Assembly: GCA_963824385.1 (NCBI GenBank)
Contig: CAWGPD010000002.1
Coordinates: 192,001 to 256,000, forward strand
Direction: 5' to 3'
From: an uncultured Nitrososphaerota archaeon
GTDB taxonomy: Archaea > Thermoproteota > Nitrososphaeria > Nitrososphaerales > Nitrosopumilaceae
Length of the DNA stretch: 64,000 nucleotides
The notes beneath the pieces were generated by a model. The model worked only from the letters and a program-made list of their open reading frames with translations, was not told the DNA's origin and searched no databases. This document shows, piece by piece, positions 32,896 to 43,157 of this stretch. Numbering within the stretch: position 1 is the stretch's first letter; each line of letters begins with the position of its first letter. The position numbers and the translations under genes are program-made.

Positions 32896-33275
32896 ATGTA
32901 AAGGTAATTGTTAAGGGACAGGCAAAAGGTTCGTTACTTGTAGCCAAAAATCCATTAAATTTTCTTGGAGGAATTGATAAAAAAACAGGGATGGTACAAG
33001 ACAAAAATCATGATCTCTTTGGAAAATCTGTTGGCGGTAAAATTCTTGTATTTCCCTTTGGGATAGGAAGCAGTGTTGGAGCATATACCATATACTCTTT
33101 AAAATATAATCACTGTGCACCATTAGCCATGGTTTGTCTAAAAGCAGATCTGACAACAGCATCTGGATGTGCAATATCTGATATTCCTCTAGTTGTTGCA
33201 AACAAAAATGATTATGACTTGTTAAAAGAAGATAGACAAGTTGTACTTGACGCAATTAAGGGACAAATATCATAA
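32892..33275 (+). CDS. Aconitase X swivel (small) subunit, DUF126
   Basis: NFLGGID..TG and GKILVFP.G.GSSVG; ATGA-coupled to the large subunit. Confidence 0.88.
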   Translation: MNVKVIVKGQAKGSLLVAKNPLNFLGGIDKKTGMVQDKNHDLFGKSVGGKILVFPFGIGSSVGAYTIYSLKYNHCAPLAMVCLKADLTTASGCAISDIPLVVANKNDYDLLKEDRQVVLDAIKGQIS

Positions 33276-33869
33276 TTCTAATCTTTTGATTGATCCATTT
33301 GGTTCTGTCTCTTTGAAAACAATTCCCTCAAATTTTAAAATCATTGCGCTTTTTCTTTTCCAGTAATTGACAGGAGCTCCTGCCTTTTCACAAGCATGAC
33401 CAAGAAATTCTTCTACATTCCATCCATACTCAACGGGAACTTGAGGTAAAAGCAGACCTGCTCCAAACTCCCATTTTATGATAAGACCATCTCTTCCTAT
33501 CTTTATCATTTTAGGATATTCTGATGGATCCTTTACCTTGATCTCAACAGGCGGAGTTAGTGTTGTCACTTCAAATGTTATTTCATTTAATTCTCCATAT
33601 AATACGGGAGGAAAACGAGGATCTTCAGTAGATGATGCTATTGCTGCATCAACAAGAGATTGATGTAATATTCTATCCGGAGTTGGAAATCCAATACATC
33701 CTCTTAGATTTTCTTCCTTGTTTAATGTAACAAAGACTCCTGATTTATATGAAAACTTGGATTTGATCTCATTTGATATCTCAATTTTTTTTCCTTTCTT
33801 GAGATATTCTGTAACAGCTAGACGGGCAGTTCTTACTAATATTTGACCATCTTCATCTGACAAACTCAA
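33270..33869 (-). CDS. AMMECR1-domain protein (AmmeMemoRadiSam protein A)
   Basis: GVFVTL...LRGCIG, DPRF and GLLLPQV. Confidence 0.92.
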   Translation of the reverse strand: MSLSDEDGQILVRTARLAVTEYLKKGKKIEISNEIKSKFSYKSGVFVTLNKEENLRGCIGFPTPDRILHQSLVDAAIASSTEDPRFPPVLYGELNEITFEVTTLTPPVEIKVKDPSEYPKMIKIGRDGLIIKWEFGAGLLLPQVPVEYGWNVEEFLGHACEKAGAPVNYWKRKSAMILKFEGIVFKETEPNGSIKRLEL

Positions 33870-34354
33870 TTTATTCTATCATTTAATTTAGTTGCAAACT
33901 CTTGAAGTTTTTCAAAATGAGTTCCTTCCCAGTAAACCTTTTTACAAGAATCACACATCCAAAACTTTTTCTCTCGCTCTAATACTCCTTCTGGAATTTT
34001 TCCTATGATTCTAAATTTTTCTACTACTTCCAACTTTCCATTGCAAGCAATACAGCGTGAATTATTTGTATCAATTACAAATCTATCTAGTTTGAACTTT
34101 GCATTTATTTGTATAATTTGTTCTGATTCATCATTTCCTCTAATTAGAACAAAATTTACATTTTGCTTTTCCGCAATTTTTGTAAGTTGCTCATCTTTTG
34201 TTAAAATTATGCGTTTTTCATTTTTTGCTATTGCAATTAATTTATCATCTTCAATTGAGGAAAAATATTTTGAATCATATCCTAAAATTCTTAATTTCTT
34301 TGCTAAATTTCCTAACATTGCATCAACTATGAAAATTGGTTTTAGAGTACTCAA
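33866..34354 (-). CDS. Mut7-C (PIN-like) RNase domain protein
   Basis: DAMLGNLAKKLRILGYD, RIILTKD, RC..CN and C..C.KVYWEGTH. Confidence 0.9.
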   Translation of the reverse strand: MSTLKPIFIVDAMLGNLAKKLRILGYDSKYFSSIEDDKLIAIAKNEKRIILTKDEQLTKIAEKQNVNFVLIRGNDESEQIIQINAKFKLDRFVIDTNNSRCIACNGKLEVVEKFRIIGKIPEGVLEREKKFWMCDSCKKVYWEGTHFEKLQEFATKLNDRIN

Positions 34355-36281
34355 TTGTATGCCTCTCCCTCACCAGATTCTACTATATGGCTGTCTCCTG
34401 CGGGAAGTATTCGAGTAAAATCATCCATTGAAATTGCTTTAACTATCTCTTCTTTTTCTTTAAATTTCATAAATTCAAGTTTTACCTTCTTTGCAAGCTC
34501 TGCCATATCAACTCCAGATGGTTCTATTATTACATAATAGATGCAATGTTTCTTAATTGCTGAAGGTGGACCACACATTAGTAAATAACTCTCATCTTTT
34601 TCATACAAACCAATAGCTAACTGTAATGTACTAACTTGAACAAAATTTTTCGATCCTTCTATAACAAATGATCCTTTTGCAATAAATTGTCCACTTGGGC
34701 AGCTGTCTTGATCTGTTCTGGTCTCATCCAATATGCATTTAATCCATAAATTCCAGCTCTCCATGCTCTACTAAAACACACTGTAGCTTGAGAAACTTCT
34801 TTCACACTTGAAACATCCTCATCAGTACTCTCTCTTAAAAGAAAAAATGGTGAACCGACAATTTCTGCATGAAACACTCTATCATTTTTGTTAAGATGTT
34901 TTCTTATAACAGCCGAGTTTGAAGAAGCATCACGCCCTCCAATTGCTAAACGTCCATCTGAAGTGATAAACCATCTGTATCTTTCAAACCATTCTTTCTT
35001 TTTTTGAACTGCAAATACAATAGAATCTTGGGCAACACTTGCCTGTTTTTTGAAAAGTTCAAGACTTTTTTCAGTCTTTTTCTTTTCTAAATTAATTGTA
35101 TCAGTTGCTCTCATCTGTTTTTTTGATTCATTAAATAATGTTGAAGCAATTGCTTGTATTGACGATTTAGGATCTAACTTTATCTTCTCTCCTTCTATGT
35201 TGATTAGAAAGATGCCGCTCTCTCTTGCTACATGTGAGTTGTATTTGGTTAATAATGTCTGAATTACTGGGTCTTCAATTGACGTTATACCGGTATATGA
35301 TATTTCAAGAAGTGCTTTTGCCACACCAGAAATTGAACTTGATCTCTCCTTTACTAGTAAAATTGCCTTGTTTTGCTCTTCTAGCTTGTGCTCAAGTTCA
35401 GTAATCTTTTGATTTGCTGTAATAGATTGGGACGATTTGCCATGTTCAAGAAGATTTTCTGAAAAAAGTGAATCTAATCCTTCCATAAAACTAGATACCT
35501 TAACTGCATTTCTTTCTTGCAAGTTTCCAAGAGGTATTGGAATTACGTCTGCATTTTTTATATCACGGATTATGTAAGGATCATGTTTTCCTGTGATTAC
35601 TTTATCAATGATATCTTTTGTTGCATTAAATATATCCTCAATCTCTTTATCTGTCAAAGTATTGCCTAACCTATCTGGATCCAAACCTGTCATTTGGATT
35701 ATTTCCTCTGTATACTTTCCTGGCAATCCCAATGTTCTTCCTACCCATCTTACAATTGGAGAAGAACTTGTTTTGATATCTGCGATATTTTCTTTGGTAA
35801 CATCCAAAATGTTTAATCCTGAAGAAGGTGGAGGAACATAATTCAAACCAACTCCAAGTTTTCTATGTCTTACATCAATTGAATGCAATAATGATAAAAT
35901 CTTCATTTCTTTATTGCACAAAATTATATTTCCGTCTCCAAAAAATTCTCCAACTAAAATAAATTCCTGATCAAATCCTGAAAATGTTACATATGCAATT
36001 CTCTCACTTCCAGACTGTTTGATCTCTATTATTTTGCTGCGTAAAAGATCATTTCTTAATCGTTTTATCAGTCGGTTCTCTTCCATTTGATTTATCTTTA
36101 CATTAGTTATCCATAAACCAAAAGTAGAGAACATGACAAGTAAATCTGGTTTATCTGGATGATGTAGCTTGAAAAGAACACTGTTACGACTTACGCCGTA
36201 AATGTTGCTTACATAATAGTCCTTTACTTGTTTATTCATCTCAGTAATCAAATAACGTAGTTCTATACCTGCAAGTGTCAT
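34351..36281 (-). CDS. rqcH: Ribosome quality-control factor RqcH/Rqc2 (NEMF family); -1 frameshift at ~34698
   Basis: EFFGDGNIIL, WFERYRWF, GGRDASSN and (PSG).F..KGSFVIEG. Confidence 0.92.
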
Positions 36282-36373
36282 AATTTCTAATTTCTATCCT
36301 CCGTTGATTATATCTTTACTATTGCTATAGCAACCAAACATTTTAAACGGGATTAATCAGAAATTTATTTTAG

Positions 36374-36778
36374 TTGGTACGACATCCAAAGAAAAAAGAC
36401 GATGAAAACCCTGATACTAATGACAGTAAGGATAATCCTACAGTACCATCTGCTCAAACTGACGAGGCAAAACTAAAGGCTGGACTGGATAAATTATTCT
36501 GGCTAAGAATAGGTTTGGCAGTATTGGCAGGAACACTTTCTGCATTAATTGGAAGTTCCTTACAATCTCACAAAGGCATTATGGCTCTTGGAATCATGAT
36601 AGTTTTGTTTATTGTTTCAGTTGGAATTGCAAAATCTATGAGACTTCCCATTCTTCCAACAGAAAAAAAGAAACTTATCACAACAGGCTATGGAAGCTAT
36701 ATTCTTATCTTCATTTTCAGTTGGATCTTAGTAAATACTATAATTCATGCACCTACAGCAATAACATCCGTTAAGTAG
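36374..36778 (+). CDS. Three-TM hypothetical membrane protein
   Basis: Three hydrophobic helices after a charged N-terminus. Confidence 0.65.
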   Translation: MVRHPKKKDDENPDTNDSKDNPTVPSAQTDEAKLKAGLDKLFWLRIGLAVLAGTLSALIGSSLQSHKGIMALGIMIVLFIVSVGIAKSMRLPILPTEKKKLITTGYGSYILIFIFSWILVNTIIHAPTAITSVK

Positions 36779-36809
36779 TTCTAAATATTGATAAAAATTT
36801 AGTAAATAT

Positions 36810-37400
36810 ATGTGGAAACATAGCACACCAGGAATTCCAGATGAACTTTTTGAAAGAGTAGAAGATGTACCAATTACAAAAGAAGAAGTACGTGTAATCC
36901 AAATAAGTAAAGCAAGATTATCACCAGGACAAATAGTATACGATGTTGGATGTGGAAGTGGATCGATATCAATAGAAGCATCACATCAGATAGGAAATAC
37001 TGGTAAAGTTTTTTCAATAGATATTGATCCAAACGCAGTTGAACTTACCAAGAAAAACTTGGACAAATTTCAAGTCTCTAATGTATCTGTAATTTTAGGA
37101 AATGCAATACAAAAAATCAATGAATTACCAATTGCTGATGCTATTTTTATTGGCGGCACAGGTGGGGAAACATCTGAAATAGTAAAACTATGTGAAACAA
37201 AACTAAAACAAGGAGGAAGAATAGTGATTGGAACTATTCTTATTGAAACACTATATTCTGTACTAAATACAATTGAAAAACTAAAGTTCTCTTCAATTGA
37301 TATAACTCAAGTAACTATATCCAAGAGCAAAAAAACTTCAACTGGTACCATGTTTCTTGCAAGAAATCCTGTTACCATAATTTCTGCAACAAAAATCTAG
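36810..37400 (+). CDS. cbiT: Cobalt-precorrin-6B C15-methyltransferase (decarboxylating)
   Basis: PGIPDELF, PITKEEVR, DVGCGSGS and ARNPV. Confidence 0.93.
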   Translation: MWKHSTPGIPDELFERVEDVPITKEEVRVIQISKARLSPGQIVYDVGCGSGSISIEASHQIGNTGKVFSIDIDPNAVELTKKNLDKFQVSNVSVILGNAIQKINELPIADAIFIGGTGGETSEIVKLCETKLKQGGRIVIGTILIETLYSVLNTIEKLKFSSIDITQVTISKSKKTSTGTMFLARNPVTIISATKI

Positions 37401-37433
37401 CATTTTAATTAGGTACATGGAGGTTTTTTGATA

Positions 37434-38156
37434 ATGGTAGAAATAACATGTGTAGGCTGTGGACCTGGCGATCCTGAACTACTAACCGTAAAAGCAGTAA
37501 AATCTATCAAAAATGCTGATGTAATAATGTGCCCTACCTCTAAAGAAGGAAAGGACAGTATTGCTTATTCTATAATATCTACACTTGTTGATGAATCAAA
37601 AAAGCCTGAAATAATTAACCTTGTATTTCCAATGGTAAAAGACAAAGATATCCTTGAAGACACTTGGGAGAGAAATGCAAGAATGATTGCTGAAGTTGTA
37701 CGAGCCGGAAAAAATGTTGTCTATCTTACAGTTGGCGATCCCTCGCTATATAGTACATGGATCTATGTTCAAAGAGAACTCAAATCAAAATATCCTGATA
37801 TCAAAATTAATGTAATTCCAGGTATAGTATCCATGTTTGCATTTGCATCAAAGGTTGGTATCAGTATTGCAGAAGGTGATGAAACCATGGCAGTTATTCC
37901 AGCATGTTATGATCTTGGAAGAGTAAAGGAGACTGCAAAAAATTGTGATACAATGATATTTCTAAAAGATGGAAGATATTTTGATCAAGTGATTGCATTA
38001 CTTAGAGAAGCTGGTTTTCCAGATACATCAATTTTTGCTATAGCTCAAGATGTTGGAACAGATCAAGAAATTGTTAGAAAACTAACATTGGGACAAGTTA
38101 CCCAAGATTCTTTTACAACTAAATATTTTTCTATAATGGTGGTCAAGCGTGCATAA
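37434..38156 (+). CDS. cbiL: Cobalt-precorrin-2 C20-methyltransferase
   Basis: GPGDPELLT, LVFPM, GDPSLYST and YFS. Confidence 0.9.
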   Translation: MVEITCVGCGPGDPELLTVKAVKSIKNADVIMCPTSKEGKDSIAYSIISTLVDESKKPEIINLVFPMVKDKDILEDTWERNARMIAEVVRAGKNVVYLTVGDPSLYSTWIYVQRELKSKYPDIKINVIPGIVSMFAFASKVGISIAEGDETMAVIPACYDLGRVKETAKNCDTMIFLKDGRYFDQVIALLREAGFPDTSIFAIAQDVGTDQEIVRKLTLGQVTQDSFTTKYFSIMVVKRA

Positions 38157-38916
38157 AGTATACTTTGTAGGCTGTGGACCTGGCGATCCAGAATTAATTA
38201 CAGTCAAGGCAAAAAAACTAATTCAAAAAGCAGATGTAATAGTTTACTCTGGCTCACTTATTCCGCCTGAAATTATCAAAATGTGCAAGAAAGCACAACT
38301 GCATGATGCTGCAAAACTTGTAAGAGAAGATATTTTTAAAATTCTAAAAGACAATGCACTAAAAGAAAAACTTGTTGTTAGATTACACGATGGGGATCCT
38401 AGCATTTACGGAGCAATAAGGGAGCAGACAGATAATCTCAAAAAAGAAGGAATAGACTATGAAGTAGTTCCTGGAATAACGTCATTTTTGGCCTCAGCTG
38501 CCGCACTTGGATGTGAACTTACACTACCTGGTGTAACTCAAACAATAATTGTAACAAGGGCTGAATCTCGAACCAAAGTACCAAAACAGGAACAAATCTC
38601 TGAACTTGCAAAACACAAAGCCACCTTGATCTTTTATCTTAGTATTCATCTGATTCCAAATATTGTAAAAGAAGCAATCAAGGGAGGATATGCCAAGTCA
38701 ACACCTGTTGGAGTAGTTTACCGCGCAAGCTGGAAGGATGAAAAGATAATCAGAGGAACTCTAGAAGATATTGCAAAAAAAATAAGAGATGAAAAAATAA
38801 CAAGAACTGCAATAATAATAATTGGAGATGTTGTTAATCCAAAATCATATGAATATTCAAAACTATATGATAAAACATTTACTCATGGATATAGAAAAGC
38901 CAAAGTAAAATCATAA
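38149..38916 (+). CDS. cbiF: Cobalt-precorrin-4 C11-methyltransferase
   Basis: GPGDPELIT, RLHDGDPSIYGAIREQ, ELTLPGVTQT and SKLYD. Confidence 0.93.
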   Translation: MHKVYFVGCGPGDPELITVKAKKLIQKADVIVYSGSLIPPEIIKMCKKAQLHDAAKLVREDIFKILKDNALKEKLVVRLHDGDPSIYGAIREQTDNLKKEGIDYEVVPGITSFLASAAALGCELTLPGVTQTIIVTRAESRTKVPKQEQISELAKHKATLIFYLSIHLIPNIVKEAIKGGYAKSTPVGVVYRASWKDEKIIRGTLEDIAKKIRDEKITRTAIIIIGDVVNPKSYEYSKLYDKTFTHGYRKAKVKS

Positions 38917-39664
38917 TGAACTTACTTTATTTTTAATTCCAATCTTAATCAATTTCTGATGAAATTTTTCTATATCTCCTGATGCATAAATTTTAAGACT
39001 ATATTTTGATTTTTTATGTTTTAATATTTTTAAAATATACAGTGCTACTGAATCTGCTGGATCTAAAAATTGTACATTAGGAAATAATTTATTTAAAATT
39101 GGTAAAAGAAATGGAAGATGGGTGCTTGATAAAGTAAATACATCTATATTATTTTTTATATGTGGAGTAATGATTTTTTTAATTAAATTTATTGTTGGTT
39201 GTTTTTTTGATAAAAACTTTCCAGACTCGACAAGATCAACAAGGGGAGTTGCATTAATTTTTGTAACTTGAATTTTTACAGGAATATACTTTTTGATATA
39301 TTTATCTAGAGATTTACTTTTTACAACTGACTTTGTTGCAAGTATTCCAATTCTTCCAGTCTTTGTTTTAGAAACAGACTTCCCTTAACGGAGGAAATAC
39401 ACCAATTATTTTATTCTTTTTTTCAATATCAAGTAATAATGATGGAGTGTTTGAGCCAACTACTATAATATCAGGATTAAATTTTTCTTGTAATTTTGTG
39501 ATTGTATATTTTATTATCTTGTCTAATTGTTGAACTCTCTTTGTACCATAAGGGTAGTTATCCTGATCTGCAACGTAGATTATTTCAGCATTGATTTTTT
39601 TTCGGATAGATTTTATCACTGATAGTGAACCTACGCCTGAATCAAAGACTACTATCTTTGGCAT
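38911..39664 (-). CDS. Glutamate racemase-like protein with both catalytic Cys replaced by Ser; +1 frameshift at ~39378
   Basis: FDSGVGSLS, D..NYPYG, GSNTPS, GILATK, LVESG and LSSTHLP. The second half was read manually to TGA at 38911. Confidence 0.8.
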
Positions 39665-39700
39665 GATGAGAAAATAATAGAGTCTGATTTACATTTTGTG

Positions 39701-39746
39701 AGCTAAATTTATCCTAATGTTGAGGATTCTATACACCGCCCATTAA
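39701..39746 (+). promoter_or_regulatory. Upstream element of the second cdvB paralog
   Basis: agctaaattta...tgtt...acacc...attaa at the same offsets as at 8501. Confidence 0.65.
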
Positions 39747-39770
39747 GAAGTAACTTTTGAACCTACCCGC

Positions 39771-40412
39771 ATGACCGGCTTCGATAAGACCTGGACTCGA
39801 CCAGAGTCTGCAGGTATATCAGAAAAATTACGTGAAACTGTAAAACCTCAAGGCGCGCTAAAACCTAGGATTGAAGGCGCCGTGAACAAATTACAGGGTC
39901 AAATATCGAAGATGGATTCTATGTTGAGCAAGCTGAGAGAAAGGGATGCTCAGTTGTTCAAACGAATCGTAGCCGCAATGCAACATCACGATGCAGCAAC
40001 AAGTAGAGTTCTGTCAAACGAACTAGCTGAGATTAGAAAAGTGTCAAAGATGTTAGGAAATGCTAGAATGGCATTAGAGCAAGTACAATTGCGTCTAACA
40101 ACAATACATGACCTCGGTGATGCAATGGTAGCAATCGCCCCTGCAATGTCCACAATGAAAGGACTCAAATCATCACTTGGAAGATTCATGCCAGAAGCAG
40201 ATTCCGAACTTAATGCAATGACACAAACTCTCAACGGTTTGATGATGGATTCACTAGCAGGTGGAGACTTTAATGTTGATACCGAAGCATCAAACGAAGA
40301 AACAGAGAGGATATTGCAAGAAGCATCTGCAGTTGCAGAACAGCAGATTGGCGACAGATTCCCATCAGTTCCATCACCCTCCAGCGTATCGTCACAATCA
40401 ACAGTCGAGTAG
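39771..40412 (+). CDS. cdvB: ESCRT-III/Snf7 (CdvB-family) paralog
   Basis: KPQGALKPRI, ALEQVQLRLTTIHDLGD and NEETERILQEA. Confidence 0.92.
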   Translation: MTGFDKTWTRPESAGISEKLRETVKPQGALKPRIEGAVNKLQGQISKMDSMLSKLRERDAQLFKRIVAAMQHHDAATSRVLSNELAEIRKVSKMLGNARMALEQVQLRLTTIHDLGDAMVAIAPAMSTMKGLKSSLGRFMPEADSELNAMTQTLNGLMMDSLAGGDFNVDTEASNEETERILQEASAVAEQQIGDRFPSVPSPSSVSSQSTVE

Positions 40413-40493
40413 GGAAACTCGGATGGGGAGATTGGCGAATGCGTCTCTTTTTATATTTTAAATCTTTGAAGACTGTATGCAAATTATTGTATA

Positions 40494-41171
40494 CTATGAC
40501 TTTTTGTCAAGAATTTGTTTTGATTTTGAAAAGATGTATGCCCATTGATCCCAGTTTAATCTACCTGTCTGTGTATTTTGCTTGCTAGGATGATATGAGC
40601 ATAATATTATCCAACCTTGATGTAAAAACAAGTTTCCGTGATAAAACTTGGCTTTTTTTATGTCTAAAAGCCTGCAACAAGCATCAAATGCAATTTTGCC
40701 CAAGCAAACTATTATTTTTATATTTTTTAAAATTGACAACTCTTTTTTTAGATAACAAGAACAATTTTGAAGCTCATCACGAGTTGGTTTGTTTTTTGGA
40801 GGGGCGCACCTAAGAGCAGCAGTTATGTACGTGTTTTGAAGTTTGTAGCCGTCATCAAGACTCTTACTAGATAGTTTGTTCGAAAAACCATTTTCATAGA
40901 GTGCCTTTGCAAGCCAATCACCAGAACTGTCTCCTGTAAACATTCTTCCTGTTCTGTTTCCGCCGTGAGCCGCAGGCGCAAGACCAATTATCAATAATTC
41001 TGCCTTGGGATCTCCAAAGCCTGTAAGCGGCTTTCCCCAGTATTTTTCTTTCTGGAATCTTTTTACTTTATTTTTAGAAACTTCTTTTATGTATAAAGAA
41101 AGGCGCGGACATTTTTTACAATTAATGATTTTATTATTTAGTCTGTCAAGACTTGTTTTTTGTGCTTTCAT
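40494..41171 (-). CDS. Uracil-DNA glycosylase (family 5-like)
   Basis: C..CPRL, GLAPAAHGGNRTGRMFTGD, RCAPP.NKP and YHPS.QNT. Confidence 0.92.
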   Translation of the reverse strand: MKAQKTSLDRLNNKIINCKKCPRLSLYIKEVSKNKVKRFQKEKYWGKPLTGFGDPKAELLIIGLAPAAHGGNRTGRMFTGDSSGDWLAKALYENGFSNKLSSKSLDDGYKLQNTYITAALRCAPPKNKPTRDELQNCSCYLKKELSILKNIKIIVCLGKIAFDACCRLLDIKKAKFYHGNLFLHQGWIILCSYHPSKQNTQTGRLNWDQWAYIFSKSKQILDKKS

Positions 41172-41189
41172 TATTGTATTATGTCTATT

Positions 41190-41969
41190 CTATCTAGTAA
41201 ATCGAATTAATCTTGTTCTAGTCATGAAGATAAAAAGCGATAATCCAATCACTAGAGTAATAACTGGTAATGGGAATTCAGGCAGAGATTTATCAGGTGA
41301 TACAATCTCTCCCCACATGTTAGGGCTAGATATTTTTGATATGTCTAGTGATGTTGAATTCTGTGTAGGCCAAGTATAGAGTTTGTGTGAATTTAGAACT
41401 TCAATGTAAAAACCATATTTATCAGATCTTCCAATTAAATCAGTTGGTATTTTAAATTCATAACTTTCATGTGGACTAACTGTATATCTATCGCTCATAT
41501 CTGAAACACCTCCAACTCCCTCCAATTCTGGTGGATTTGAAATTTTGGTGTAATGATTGGTAAATGCTAATTCTGAACCGCCTTGTAAAAGTACAGGTTG
41601 ATTTTCTCCAACTGTTGCTATTATACAATAATCTCCTGCATCTGGAAGAGTACTCTTGGTATTATTACTATCAAAACAAATTATAGCTTTATCTGTGTGT
41701 TTGTTAACTGTGGTAAAAGTTGTAGCATCAATCATGGCATAAACAAAATTTCCTTGATGTGCAGTTCTTAAGACAAATGCATTACCGTCTACAAAATTCA
41801 TTGTATCAAGACTTGTATTTTTCCATTCTTTGTAAAATGTCCACTTTCCATCAAAAATTACTTTGTCCCTGTCAGCAGAAATTGTTATCAATATTGGTTC
41901 AATTGCAAATACGTTGCTGGTAGAAAGTATGCATATGACGAAAGCAAATAAAATTGGTATAAATCTCAT
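41190..41969 (-). CDS. Exported protein with a PEF-CTERM-like sorting signal
   Basis: Signal peptide; FDGKW..EW sugar-binding-like N-terminus; C-terminal PEFP, TM helix and basic residues. Confidence 0.75.
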   Translation of the reverse strand: MRFIPILFAFVICILSTSNVFAIEPILITISADRDKVIFDGKWTFYKEWKNTSLDTMNFVDGNAFVLRTAHQGNFVYAMIDATTFTTVNKHTDKAIICFDSNNTKSTLPDAGDYCIIATVGENQPVLLQGGSELAFTNHYTKISNPPELEGVGGVSDMSDRYTVSPHESYEFKIPTDLIGRSDKYGFYIEVLNSHKLYTWPTQNSTSLDISKISSPNMWGEIVSPDKSLPEFPLPVITLVIGLSLFIFMTRTRLIRFTR

Positions 41970-42019
41970 TTAATTTTACAAAATACAGGTTGTATTTATA
42001 ATATATAAATTCACAAACC

Positions 42020-42220
42020 ATGGAAGATATGTTTTTAGTAACAGTAACAAGTTGTATTTTTGTGAATAATAAATTGATAATTGGTATTGTTATAGTAATA
42101 ATTGTAGGAATAGTATCACTTGTGCTAAGTAATTCCTATTTTCATCAGATAAGCTATTACTCAGGTCCAACCAGTGTCTACTCCAAGTTTACCAAGACAT
42201 CTATCGATAAATCTGATTGA
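42020..42220 (+). CDS. Possible small membrane protein or gene remnant
   Basis: 66-aa ORF with one TM helix. Confidence 0.35.
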   Translation: MEDMFLVTVTSCIFVNNKLIIGIVIVIIVGIVSLVLSNSYFHQISYYSGPTSVYSKFTKTSIDKSD

Positions 42221-42260
42221 AAACATGCAAATTACTCAAAGCCCTTAAAGTGTACGCCTA

Positions 42261-42272
42261 GATCCATTTTGG
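42261..42272 (+). promoter_or_regulatory. GATCCATTTTGG element, 44 bp upstream of a TATA-like box
   Basis: Identical 12-mer at an equivalent position at 46114. Confidence 0.55.
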
Positions 42273-42332
42273 AGCTACAAGTCAACTATATTTTCCACAA
42301 GTTCTATAAATAACAATTTGACAATACAGCCT

Positions 42333-42999
42333 ATGAATAGAAATTCATCCATTGCACTATTCGGTGCAGTCTTTGTGGTCGCAGTAGGACTCATGGGCGC
42401 TAATGGAGTTTTCTCAATGTCATCGGGCATTATTGGCACATCTGGTACAAATTACCATGAAAATGCAGGAAACTTACTAGGCCATGTTACTCTAGTCGCA
42501 CAAGATCCAAGTGGAAACATTAAGGCATATCGACAAATGGACAACGTCGTAACACAGGTAGGAAGAACATGTACCGCAGCTTCTTTATTTGGAACAGTTC
42601 AATCATCAGGTTCTGATGCAGGCTGTTGGCCAAGAGGTACACAAGCTTCAGGTGAATTCCAGTACATCGGTATAGGATCATTGTCAAGAGCTGAAGTTAC
42701 ATCTGATACTAGTCTTGATTCCTATATACCAGGTTCTCCACCACAAGCACGAACATCATATATCTTGACCAACTCATCAAGCTCTACTAATGCAGGTGGA
42801 ACGTATGGTGCTACAGCAGTACAATCGACAAGCTTCATTTTCGGTGCACTCACAAACTGTTGGCGAAGCAGACTTGCAGGATGCCGCAGCAACTGTACAA
42901 GCATCAGAACATGCGTTTGCCAGAAAAGCAATTACCCCAACAATTGGTGTAAACAGCGGTGATACCTTAACTGTCACTTGGACAATATATACTGGATAA
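42333..42999 (+). CDS. Exported phage tail-fibre-like beta protein, paralog A; +1 frameshift at ~42830
   Basis: N-terminal hydrophobic helix; GHV...GNIKAYRQMDNVVT..G, YIGIGS, SDTSL, TVGEA, FARK and GDTLTVTWTI. The two track ORFs join. Confidence 0.7.
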
Positions 43000-43157
43000 A
43001 TTTCCAGTACTTACAACTTTTTTATTTTAACTATTCTTTAAGTAATTTATACATAGTTATGAATCAATAATTAATTTTATTTTCTAGCAAATGTCTTGTT
43101 GAGTACCATAAAACTAGTCTTACAATATATTTATCAAGGGATTGTCATAACAATGGT

